A stretch of 63,863 nt of DNA, filler included, from Octopus bimaculoides (taxonomy: Eukaryota): the NCBI RefSeq assembly GCF_001194135.2. It is 7 parts of 7 records of this genome, joined end to end, with 100 filler letters (N's around TTAATTAATTAA, not from the genome) between each part and the next. Parts side by side here need not be neighbours in the genome. Positions count along the whole stretch, not along the records: positions 33,654 to 53,779 come from NC_068995.1; 6 more parts are not named here. One strand, written 5' to 3'. This document shows positions 37,240-48,200 of this stretch, in pieces. The notes below the pieces were generated by a model. That model saw nothing but the letters and a program-made list of their open reading frames with translations, searched no databases and was not told the DNA's origin. The first letter of the stretch is position 1. Every line of letters begins with the position of its first letter. Both the position numbers and the translations under genes were made by a program.

Positions 37240-38093
37240 NNNNNNNNNNNNNNNNNNNNNNNNNNNNNNNNNNNNNNNNNNNNNNNNNNNNNNNNNNNNN
37301 NNNNNNNNNNNNNNNNNNNNNNNNNNNNNNNNNNNNNNNNNNNNNNNNNNNNNNNNNNNNNNNNNNNNNNNNNNNNNNNNNNNNNNNNNNNNNNNNNNNN
37401 NNNNNNNNNNNNNNNNNNNNNNNNNNNNNNNNNNNNNNNNNNNNNNNNNNNNNNNNNNNNNNNNNNNNNNNNNNNNNNNNNNNNNNNNNNNNNNNNNNNN
37501 NNNNNNNNNNNNNNNNNNNNNNNNNNNNNNNNNNNNNNNNNNNNNNNNNNNNNNNNNNNNNNNNNNNNNNNNNNNNNNNNNNNNNNNNNNNNNNNNNNNN
37601 NNNNNNNNNNNNNNNNNNNNNNNNNNNNNNNNNNNNNNNNNNNNNNNNNNNNNNNNNNNNNNNNNNNNNNNNNNNNNNNNNNNNNNNNNNNNNNNNNNNN
37701 NNNNNNNNNNNNNNNNNNNNNNNNNNNNNNNNNNNNNNNNNNNNNNNNNNNNNNNNNNNNNNNNNNNNNNNNNNNNNNNNNNNNNNNNNNNNNNNNNNNN
37801 NNNNNNNNNNNNNNNNNNNNNNNNNNNNNNNNNNNNNNNNNNNNNNNNNNNNNNNNNNNNNNNNNNNNNNNNNNNNNNNNNNNNNNNNNNNNNNNNNNNN
37901 NNNNNNNNNNNNNNNNNNNNNNNNNNNNNNNNNNNNNNNNNNNNNNTATATATATATATATATATATAAAACAAAAGTCGAAGACAGGTGAGGGAACAAC
38001 AAGCTGGTGTATTATTTTAACGCTCGTCGTTGGAGTTTCGAGCCTACGTATGGTTTAGTGTATTAGTTTGACACTCTGGAAAAGTGGAAGAAT

Positions 38094-38130
38094 CTTTGAC
38101 GTTTCCACCTTACGCTCTTCTGCAAAAAGG
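38094..38130 (-). repeat. Degenerate copy of the 53.3-kb hammerhead-like PLE-type terminal repeat
   Basis: Minus strand CUUU-UUGCAGA-A-GAGC GUAA GGUG-GAAA-CG-UC-AAAG. Flank TGTATTAGTTTGACACTCTGGAAAAGTG resembles 53250-53285. Confidence 0.45.
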
Positions 38131-38531
38131 AATGACGATAGAAAACAAATGGCGGGAGGGCGAAAAAAGAGAGTTACGGGTTAACAGTTGCAGTTGTTGA
38201 ATTATATATATGAATGTATATATATAAAGATAGATATGGCCGGTGTATGGAGTTACTCAGGGTTTCGCGCCCATGAAGCACTTAACTTTACAGCGTTTCT
38301 TTAGACCCTAAACCTGTTCGCCTATAGCCTCTCTAGCAAATGACCTCTCTAGAAAATGGAGGAAGAAAAGACTTCCTTACTATTTGTCAACAAGGGATTG
38401 TCTCCTTTGACCACTATCTGTAATTGATCGTGCTTGCTTGTAAATCCCAGGACGTCAGTAAGAATTCCCTAATATGCTGCTTCCGCTGTTGTTGGTGCTG
38501 GTGTTATTAGTGTTATTACTAGCGTCGCTAA

Positions 38532-38817
38532 TGCTGGTATTAACGTTGGTGCTGTCGCCGGTGCCTTTAATGCTGGTGTAGGGAACATCATCGATGGTGG
38601 TGCTGTTGTTGGTGCTATAGGTGGTGCTAGAGCCATCGTCATTGCTATTGTTAGAGTTGTTATCGGGACTATCGTGGTGGCTGATGTTGTCGCTGTTGTT
38701 ATTGTTATCATTGGCGATACTGCTGCTACTGTAGCACCAACAACAGCACCACCACCGATGGTATCCCCTACGCCAGCATTAACGGCACCGGTGCCTGTAC
38801 CAACACTAATACCAGCA
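38532..38817. repeat. Foldback: 86-bp inverted arms (38532-38617 / 38732-38817), 114-nt spacer
   Basis: Manual ungapped alignment of the left arm to the reverse complement of the right arm gives 74/86 identity. Confidence 0.9.
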
Positions 38818-39853
38818 ACAGTGGAAGCAGCAGCGTCAACATCAATAGAAAAAGCGTCGTCAACACCAGCACACGAAAATACAACGGATGTTCCAGAAAC
38901 ATGTTCAAGCAGCGCCTCTCCAACCACAGATCTTCTTTCAGGATCCCCAAGAGAAGATATGCCACGTCCTTAGCCAGCCATGACAATTGATATATGACTA
39001 TATATATATATATATATATATTGGTAACGATTACATAGTTTACTTTGAAAAATNNNNNNNNNNNNNNNNNNNNNNNNNNNNNNNNNNNNNNNNNNNNNNN
39101 NNNNNNNNNNNNNNNNNNNNNNNNNNNNNNNNNNNNNNNNNNNNNNNNNNNNNNNNNNNNNNNNNNNNNNNNNNNNNNNNNNNNNNNNNNNNNNNNNNNN
39201 NNNNNNNNNNNNNNNNNNNNNNNNNNNNNNNNNNNNNNNNNNNNNNNNNNNNNNNNNNNNNNNNNNNNNNNNNNNNNNNNNNNNNNNNNNNNNNNNNNNN
39301 NNNNNNNNNNNNNNNNNNNNNNNNNNNNNNNNNNNNNNNNNNNNNNNNNNNNNNNNNNNNNNNNNNNNNNNNNNNNNNNNNNNNNNNNNNNNNNNNNNNN
39401 NNNNNNNNNNNNNNNNNNNNNNNNNNNNNNNNNNNNNNNNNNNNNNNNNNNNNNNNNNNNNNNNNNNNNNNNNNNNNNNNNNNNNNNNNNNNNNNNNNNN
39501 NNNNNNNNNNNNNNNNNNNNNNNNNNNNNNNNNNNNNNNNNNNNNNNNNNNNNNNNNNNNNNNNNNNNNNNNNNNNNNNNNNNNNNNNNNNNNNNNNNNN
39601 NNNNNNNNNNNNNNNNNNNNNNNNNNNNNNNNNNNNNNNNNNNNNNNNNNNNNNNNNCATTAAATACATAAAACACATCAACAACTAAATGGCAATCAGC
39701 AGTGTTATGTCAACCTGATCGTCTACCATTGTCTGGCATCGGAAGGAACATCGTACATCGTCCTCAACAGGAAACGGAAATTGGCTGGTTTTATTTTCCA
39801 CAACATGCTCAACGATAGCTTCCTTTGCTCATCTTTCTCTCTCTCTCTCAATA

Positions 39854-39885
<32 letters not shown>

Positions 39886-40429
39886 TCTCTCCCTCTCTCT
39901 CTCACTCACTCTCTCTGTCTCTCATACTGCAAAAATCCATTGATCACTGAATTTTACTGCTTTAGTAGCGAACTCCCTGTTCAATATGGGGAGATGGAGA
40001 GTTTTTTTTAGTTCTAACCCTGTTTGCAGTATCTGATATATATATGTATGTATGTATGTCTATATGTGCACACACACATAGGGGTCATGTATAAATGTGC
40101 GTATATATATCACATTTATACTCTTATATATATGTATGCATATATATGTGTATGTATCTATACACATACACATATATACACAGATACACACACACACACA
40201 CACACCACGTGTGTATGTATATATGTACACACACACATACATACACTTACTAAACACGCATACACGCATAAGCGAATATCAGCCACCCACGCAATGTCTG
40301 AAAGATTACAAAGTCAAACAGTGCAGAACGATGGTTAATTATAAGAGTCAATATAAACAATACTACAATATGGTTTGTTATTGATGTATTAAGATTAGTA
40401 GTTGAACGCTAAACCAATGACAGCGCCTC

Positions 40430-40690
40430 TTCGTTTTTGCCGCTCCACTTGCTGGAAATAGCAGCCAAACATCCTACAAATAACACGCTCTACTGTCATA
40501 ATAAATAGAAAGATACAAATGGACATTGTAGACCCTGACATAGAAAATGAATGGATGATCAAGGTTAGAACACTTTTAGATCTGCTTGTTTAATATCAAC
40601 AAGGTGCTTCTAAGTGGTCGCTCGACCTGATAGAAATAGCAAACAAATTTCCTTCAAATCATACATTACTAACTTTTTAAAGTCCTCAAG
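40430..40690 (+). repeat. Two tandem copies of a ~170-250-bp interspersed repeat (GCTAGAAATAGCAGCC family)
   Basis: Shared with 50710-51120 (+, two copies, (AAC)n tail) and 43595-43755 (-). Confidence 0.55.
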
Positions 40691-41039
40691 AGGAAGCGCA
40701 AATTGGCTGAACACAAAATATGGGCCTGATTGGAGTTGACACGAGACCAACAAGCTCCGAGGTGCATTGAGCCTCTCCTCTCCTTGTATAGCCACCATCA
40801 ATACTCTGAACTGATATCTCTTGGAAGTGCGTTGTGTTAGGCCTTTTTAACATCCCTGCGATCAACGTATTCAGTTACCATACTTCTTTGAAATAAATCA
40901 AGCCTCTGTCCTTTCTATATCCTTGTTCTTATTATTCTGAGTTAGCATCCATCTTTTTGGTATGAATTGCGTACTTACATTTTCTGTATACTTGATCACA
41001 ATGCTTTGAATTACCTCCCCTATTTCGGGATGCTAGGGG

Positions 41040-41975
41040 CACAAGGCGTGGAATGTGGGAGACAGGTTTATGTCGATTACATCTACCCCGGTATTTCACT
41101 GATAATAATAATAATTGTTTCAGGCCACAAGACCTGAAATTTAGGGGTGGTTAAGTCGATACATTTAATCCCAGTATTGACTGTTACGTTATCTAATCGA
41201 TTTCGGAGGGATGATAGATAATGGATGATAGATTAGATAATAGATGATAGATGATAAATAAAAGTTGACTTCGGCGGTTTTGTATTCAGAGTGTAAAAAG
41301 CCAAAAGCAATACCGAGAAACATGTCTTCCGACGCTCTAAATATTTTTCTACCTCGTCACCATCAATAACAATAATGGTTTTAATATTCGGGGGAAGGGT
41401 TAAGTCGATTGCATCGATCTCACTGAAATGGTACTTATTTTATCGACCCTGAAAGGATGGAATGCAAAGTAGACCTCGGCAGAATTTGAACTCAGAACGT
41501 AAAAACGGGTGAAAGGCCGCTAAGCATTTTCCCCAGCGTAGCCATCAATAATAATGATAATAATTGTTTCAAATTTTGATGCAAGGCCTGTAATTTTACG
41601 GAGGAAGGACAGTCGAAAACATGGACCTCAGTACTTGACTGGTACTTTAATTATTTTATCGATTCTGAAAGGGTGAAAGGCAAAATTGACCTCAGAATAT
41701 AATAAGTCGGAAGAAACGCCACTGAGTAACGACTCTACCAGCTCACCGCCTTAATAATTCTTTCTATTATAGGCAGAAGGCCTGAAATTTTAGGGGAGGA
41801 TCTAGTCGATTACATCGACCCCAGTGTTCAATTGGTACCTATTTTATCGACCCCGAAAGGATGTAAGGCAAAGTCGACCTCGGCGGAATTTGAACTCAGA
41901 ACGTAAAGACGGACAAAATACTGCAAAGCACTTTGATGGGTCAGTTAACGATTCTAGTAGCTCACCGCCATAATA
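41040..41975 (-). mobile_element. Head-to-tail cluster of ~5 SINE family B copies with (AAT)n spacers
   Basis: GTCGATTACATC...GAAAGGATG..AGGCAAAGTCGACCTCGGCGGAATTTGAACTCAGAACG is repeated. Confidence 0.8.
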
Positions 41976-42764
41976 GCAATAACTATGATAATTGAATGTA
42001 AAGATTTCCTTTCACAGATTTTCAGCGAAGAGTACTTGATATGTACATCAGACGAACGCCAAGATATGTTTATGTTTACGTCTAATGCAGGAGTCTAGCA
42101 AGTTATTATGTTTGCGCGTTAAATTATTCGCCATGTTTGATGTCAGTACACACTAAGAATATATTGCCATCGTCGAAACCACGTCTGAATAACTTGACTG
42201 AATGATAATAATGTTGGTTTTACAATAACAACTTAACATAATAAGGTTAGAGTGAAGACTTTGTTGACGAACTGGCTGTGTAAAGCTGGCAAATCCACTG
42301 TAACTGATAAATAAATTATATTGTGTGTTATCTTTCGGCCGAGTTGACTGAAGGAAGAAAGACAAGTGGCCATTTTACATTTGTCATTTCCATATGCTAA
42401 TCAGACGCTATTTAAGAGAGGAAACGTTTATATGGACAATATTCTGTGGGTTTTTATTGTATCTTATTATTTTATTTTTTAATACCCTTTTCCTTGTAGG
42501 AAACTACTTGAAATGCAGAAAGTGCAAATAAATAAATAAATAAAAAGAAAAAATAATAAAACAAACAAACAAACAAAAAAGCAATGTTGGATGTTCAGAA
42601 GAAAATATTGAATCTCTTGAAGTGAACATTTTTTGAACTTCCGCATCTTATGTTTCCTGAAATTCCATAGATGTATGTTTTCAACCGGTGTTGGCGTGTT
42701 TATGCCCCCATAACTTAGCGGTTCGGCAAGAGAACCGGTAAAATAAGTATCGGTATTTCATCCA

Positions 42765-43077
42765 TCTTTGCGTTCTGAGTTCAATTTCCGCCGAGGTCAA
42801 CTTTACCTTTCATTCTTTCGGGACCGATGAATTAAGCACCGGTGAAACACTGGGGTTGATGTAATCGAAATTTGCTAGCCTTGTGCCAAAATTTGAAACC
42901 GTTATTTAATCCCAAGTTAAGGCGGTGAACTGGCTGAATCGTTAGCACGCCGTGCTAAATGCTTAGTGGTATTTCCTCCGTCTGTATTTTCCGAGTTCAA
43001 ACTCCACCGAGGTCGACTTTGCTTTTCAGCTTTTCGGAGTCGATAAAATAAGTACCAGTCGAGCACTGGGATCGATG
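42765..43077 (+). mobile_element. Two SINE family B copies in plus orientation
   Basis: GGCGGTGAACTGGCTGAATCGTTAGCACGCC...GAGTTCAAACTCCACCGAGGTCGACTTTGC. Confidence 0.75.
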
Positions 43078-43289
43078 NNNNNNNNNNNNNNNNNNNNNNN
43101 NNNNNNNNNNNNNNNNNNNNNNNNNNNNNNNNNNNNNNNNNNNNNNNNNNNNNNNNNNNNNNNNNNNNNNNNNNNNNNNNNNNNNNNNNNNNNNNNNNNN
43201 NNNNNNNNNNNNNNNNNNNNNNNNNNNNNNNNNNNNNNNNNNNNNNNNNNNNNNNNNNNNNNNNNNNNNNNNNNNNNNNNNNNNNNNNN

Positions 43290-43592
43290 GAGTGTTTATT
43301 GAGCGAAAACACCTAAAGCTCCACGAGGCTCCAGCAGGGGATGGTGGCGAACCCTGCTGTACTCTTTCACTACAACTTTCTCTCACTCTTACTTCCTGTT
43401 TCTGCTGTACCTGTAATCCAAAGGGTCAGCCTTGTCACACTGTGTCACGCTGAATATCCCCGAGAACTACGTTAAGGGTACACGTGTCTGTGGAGTGCTC
43501 AGCCACTTGCACGTTAATTTCACGAGCAGTCTGTTCCGTTGATCGGATCAACTGGAACCCTCGACGTCGTAAGCGACGGAGTGCCAACAACA
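43290..43592 (+). mobile_element. SINE family C (5' head lost in gap), (AAC) tail
   Basis: About 96% identical by eye to the reverse complement of 46470-46770. Confidence 0.85.
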
Positions 43593-44872
43593 GAAATGAT
43601 CAAGTAGATCTATGATTAAAACGGTTTCAACCATGACCATTCCGTCATTAAAAAAAAATTTTTAATATATAACTGGAGCTACAACATCCAGCGAGCCCTT
43701 GCATTTTTATGACGGTGGGTTGTGATTTGAGGGAGAATCGGTTGTTGATTTTAGAAGCCTTCTCGTATTCTAACGATTCAAGATTATTCTAGTGTATCCT
43801 TCCTCTCCATATACTTGGTTCCCTTTCTTCCCCACTCCACTGCTATCGTATTTATTACCCCGCCCCGGTCGCTGACCTCACATAGACACATTTGAATTAC
43901 GTTGCCCGTTTTCTTCACTTTCTTCCCGTCCTCTTCTCAATTCATATCGTCAAATGGATTCTAGCTGTCAAATATTAGAGAAAACATAGCCGCTGCTATT
44001 TAACTCGGAAACAAGAAGCCGAATACATACACTGGACTAAAATATTCCTGTTTAGTTAATTGACGAATGTCAGGCAAAGAATATGGTGTAAATTTTGAAC
44101 GGCAAAGATCGCTGAAGAAAACTTGGTTAAAGAAAACAATTGCAGATTACCGAACATCTAATGGAACCTGACATTTCTCCAGCCATCTTCATAAAAAGAC
44201 AGAAATTCGCATGGCAGGGAGAAATAAAGATAGAGTGGAACTTACCACGAATATTAAAGCTGGGAGGAAACTGAGAATAAAAACATGGCTTCCGCATCTT
44301 TAACAGACCGGTTGCCTTGTCGGATTCAATTAAAGTAAGGGATGATGGCATAGAAAAGATGGGGAAATTCTAGCGAGATAAGGAANNNNNNNNNNNNNNN
44401 NNNNNNNNNNNNNNNNNNNNNNNNNNNNNNNNNNNNNNNNNNNNNNNNNNNNNNNNNNNNNNNNNNNNNNNNNNNNNNNNNNNNNNNNNNNNNNNNNNNN
44501 NNNNNNNNNNNNNNNNNNNNNNNNNNNNNNNNNNNNNNNNNNNNNNNNNNNNNNNNNNNNNNNNNNNNNNNNNNNNNNNNNNNNNNNNNNNNNNNNNNNN
44601 NNNNNNNNNNNNNNNNNNNNNNNNNNNNNNNNNNNNNNNNNNNNNNNNNNNNNNNNNNNNNNNNNNNNNNNNNNNNNNNNNNNNNNNNNNNNNNNNNNNN
44701 NNNNNNNNNNNNNNNNNNNNNNNNNNNNNNNNNNNNNNNNNNNNNNNNNNNNNNNNNNNNNNNNNNNNNNNNNNNTATCTATCTATCTATCTGTCTAACG
44801 GTATGAGTGAAAGCGTGGAGATGTATGTTTGGATGTGTTTGCGTGTTTGTATGCGTGTATGTGTATGTTTGC

Positions 44873-44920
<48 letters not shown>

Positions 44921-45284
44921 AAACGTGGGGGATAGAGAGAGGGGAGAAAGAGAGAGAGAGAGATGGGAAAGAGAGTAAGTGTGTGTGTGTATGTGTGTGT
45001 GTGTGCCAGTTTATCATATTTTAGTAAAACCCCACCTCGAGGCATGTCTGCCACAAGACTTCAGCTCCTAGTGAGGCTAATAATTTCTTTGCATTCTTCC
45101 TTCCTGCCATTGCAGGGGAAGGTATGCAAAGTATGCATCTTAACATACTGTACTAAGCACAACGTTTACAATGGCGACCTAAAACCCTATTGAAGGGCAC
45201 AGAATTTCTAAATATATGTATGCGCACGCAGGTGTGTATGTGTATATATGTAAATATGTGTATATATACATATATACAAAGCGT

Positions 45285-45575
45285 GTGGATTATTGGTTCG
45301 GATACTCGGCTCACGATCGTAAGGTCGTGAGTTCAACTCCCGGCACGCGTTGTGCCCTTTATTTCACGCTGCTCCAGTCCACTCAGCTGGCAAAAATGAG
45401 TAGTACCTGTATTTGAAAGGGCCAGCCTTGTCCCGCACTGTGTCAGTCTGAATCCCTCTGAGAACTACGTTAAGGGTACACGTGTCTGTGGAATGCACAA
45501 CCATTTGCACGTTAATTTCACGAACAAGCTGTTCCGTTGATCGTATCAGCTGGGACCCTCGTCGTAACCGACGGA
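45285..45575 (+). mobile_element. SINE family C-related copy
   Basis: GGTCGTGAGTTCAACTCC B box, then the GAGAACTACGTTAAGGGTACACGTGTCTGTGG body. Confidence 0.7.
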
Positions 45576-45823
45576 GTGCTCCTCCTCTATATATGTGCAT
45601 ATATATGTATGTACCTACGTATGTATGTGTGCATGTATTCTTTTATTCGTTATATTCTTTTATTCTTTTACTTGTTTCAGTCATTTGACTGCGGCCATGT
45701 TGGTTTAACAGTTGGTAGTTATCTCCCACTTGCATTAAATATTGGGCGCGAGAAGCGCACTGAATAAATCAGTAGAGGAGGTGTCTTCCTGGGGTTAAAT
45801 GGCAGTATCGTCGTCTCTTAGAG

Positions 45824-46109
45824 CAGGGGTTTTCAAACGGACGACAGGGGCTCCGCAAGGACAAGACAGGGTGTCCGTAGACAGCAAATACTTTATTATG
45901 GGCAATTTGATTTTATATGTTTTTTAATCGAAATCTTTTAATTGACAATAAACCTATTTGTTAAATTCTGTTAAATAAATAAATGTAAAAATATATGTTA
46001 TTTTAAGCAAATATTTATGTATAAATTTCATAAGCGTTTATAAGGGGGTCCCTAAGGTAAAGCCTGAAATATAAAGGGGTCCGCAAGTCAAAAAGTTTGA
46101 AAACCCCTG
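45824..46109. mobile_element. Intact hAT-superfamily MITE (286 bp; exact ends)
   Basis: Perfect 15-bp TIR CAGGGGTTTTCAAAC/GTTTGAAAACCCCTG and perfect 8-bp TSD TCTTAGAG (45816-45823, 46110-46117). Confidence 0.92.
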
Positions 46110-46469
46110 TCTTAGAGGACAGCTACATTAAAGTGGCCATAAGCAATACTTCCAGGATGAAAAATTGTTTGGTATGTATCACGGCACCCTTTTATGTGCT
46201 CGCTCCTTCTAACTTTAGAACTTGGTTACGCCTCTGTGCCTTATAAATAAAGAACTCATTGGGTAATGTAGTCTTAGATGCACTGTGGCTGAAAAAAGCG
46301 GAATGGATTCGGCTGGTTCCAGAGTTTCATCATATAAGTCTCATGACGGATTTGGTGGATGATAAACAATGATACCAGCAATAACATCAAAAACAACAAC
46401 AACGACAACAACAACAACAACACTAACAAGAACAACAATAGCAACAACAACAATACTAGCAACAATAGT

Positions 46470-46851
46470 TGTTGGCACTCCGTCGCTTACGACGTCGAGG
46501 GTTCCAGTTGATTTGATCAACGGAACAGCCTGCTCGTGAAATTAACGTACAAGTGGTTGAGCACTCCACAGACACGTGTACCCTTAACGTAGTTCTCGGG
46601 GATATTCAGCGTGACACAGTGTGACAAGGCTGACCCTTTTGAATTACAGGCACAACAGAAACAGGAAGTAAGAGTGAGAGAAAGTTGTGGTGAAGAGTAC
46701 AGCAGGGTTCGCCACCATCCCCTGCCGGAGCCTCGTGGAGCTTTAGGTGTTTTCGCTCAATAAACACTCACAACGCCCGGTCTGGGAATCGAAACCGCGA
46801 TCCTATGACCGCGAGTCCGCTGCCCTAACCACTGGGCCATTGCGCCTCCAC
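46470..46851 (-). mobile_element. Full-length tRNA-derived SINE family C with 12-bp TSD
   Basis: Head TGTGGAGGCGCAATGGCCCAGTGGTTAGGG...GGTTTCGATTCCC. Flanking direct repeat AGCAACAATAGT at 46458-46469 and 46852-46863. Confidence 0.85.
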
Positions 46852-48074
46852 AGCAACAATAGTAACAAGAACGATAACAACAGCAGCAATTACACAGTGA
46901 TTTACTAGTTAGCATTCTCATAGGTGGTGGTTGGTGGTGGTGGTGGTATTGGCGGTGGTTATGGGGTTGTTAAGATGACGGTGACGGTGCTTATGATGAT
47001 GATGGTAGTGGTGATGGTGGCGGTGGTGATAGTTATGGTGGTAGTGGTAGTGGTTATAGCGGTAGTGGAGGTTATGCTGGTTGTTATGGTGTGCGGTGGA
47101 GATACGAGCCTACTAAAAAACTGTAATATTAAATACGACACATGTTTCATACATTTATTCAACTCCGTCAACGAAAGCAATTGTGCCGTAATAATTGGCA
47201 AGTAAACTTAACTGGCTTCGGTTGGTGCCCAGTTAAAAATAAACGACATTAGTTTACTGTTGTTACACAGTCAATAGAATTGGCTTTATCTATTTGATTT
47301 GGTTCCAGAAATTGTGTCACAAACAAATTAAACAACTGACCTTGTCAACTTGGTAACATCTAATTATACAGCAATGTAACTTTAATGAATAAATCTCCAT
47401 TAGTTCCATACCGCTCGATTAACAACGCTTAAACGATGCACACGATCTCAGCAACTAATCCAATCTCATGAAATGTAATGTAATGTAATATATGTATGTC
47501 ATTATTCGGTTTTATTCCAAGATTTCTTGCCAATAGAGGAGTCGGTTTCTTCCCTACATTCAAGGCTCCTTCATTGGAATTTCAACAACATCAACAGGGT
47601 ATTATTTGTGCATGTTTGTGTATATGTGTGCAGTATTTGAAGTCAGCGCATCTACAGATTTATATGTTTTTGTTTTATGTATGTATTCTCGTGCATATAC
47701 TTACTTGCGTGTCTAGACTTGCTTATATATACTTAAATGATAAACTTCTGGAGAGTTTTACAGATTTATAGGAAAGTTGGTTATACATCATTAGATGTAT
47801 ACCTGACTTTCCTATATAAAATTACGAATATAACGGAACGCTGAACTCCGGACTATCAACTTAAACAACATTTATTCAGGTGGTAAATATATACATCTTT
47901 AGCTCTTGTTTGTTGTTACAGCTTCTGTGTGTGAGCATTGTTGTTGGGACGTTTGGTATGTAGATGTAAGCGAGCTGTCGAGCGTAAGTTCGAAAGATGA
48001 AGAGAGACAGCTAAACACGTAAAGAGACTGTCTCCAGAGTTGGAATGTTGGAGACACTGCTTGACACGTCCATG

Positions 48075-48200
48075 CTCATGGCCGGCCGACCGAGAAAGAG
48101 ATAGAATAGAAGCGGGAACGCTTGGTTGTTTAATTCCACGCATGCGTGAGACTACGCATGCGCACGGCGTTACTACAGATTTTTACAGTTCCAGTGATGG
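48075..48200. promoter_or_regulatory. Putative CpG-rich promoter element with tandem NRF-1-like sites
   Basis: ACGCATGCGT palindrome (48138-48147), ACGCATGCGC (48154-48163), GGCCGGCC (48080-48087) and ACTAC motifs. Local CpG enrichment in an AT-rich background. Confidence 0.4.

Noticed and set aside
38469-38973. 152-aa (minus) and 99-aa (plus) mucin-like ORFs
   Set aside because: Openness is explained by a degenerate trinucleotide-phase tract and its inverted copy. No convincing splice sites. Kept only as a foldback finding.
39723-39800. MLWKIKPANFRFLLRTMYDVPS (minus), reminiscent of an RLE-LINE C-terminal segment
   Set aside because: Too short and isolated to call.
46770-46851. tRNA-like A/B-box sequences (also 2821, 29649, 42920, 48387, 60447)
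   Set aside because: These are SINE heads joined to repeat bodies. No complete cloverleaf or terminator.
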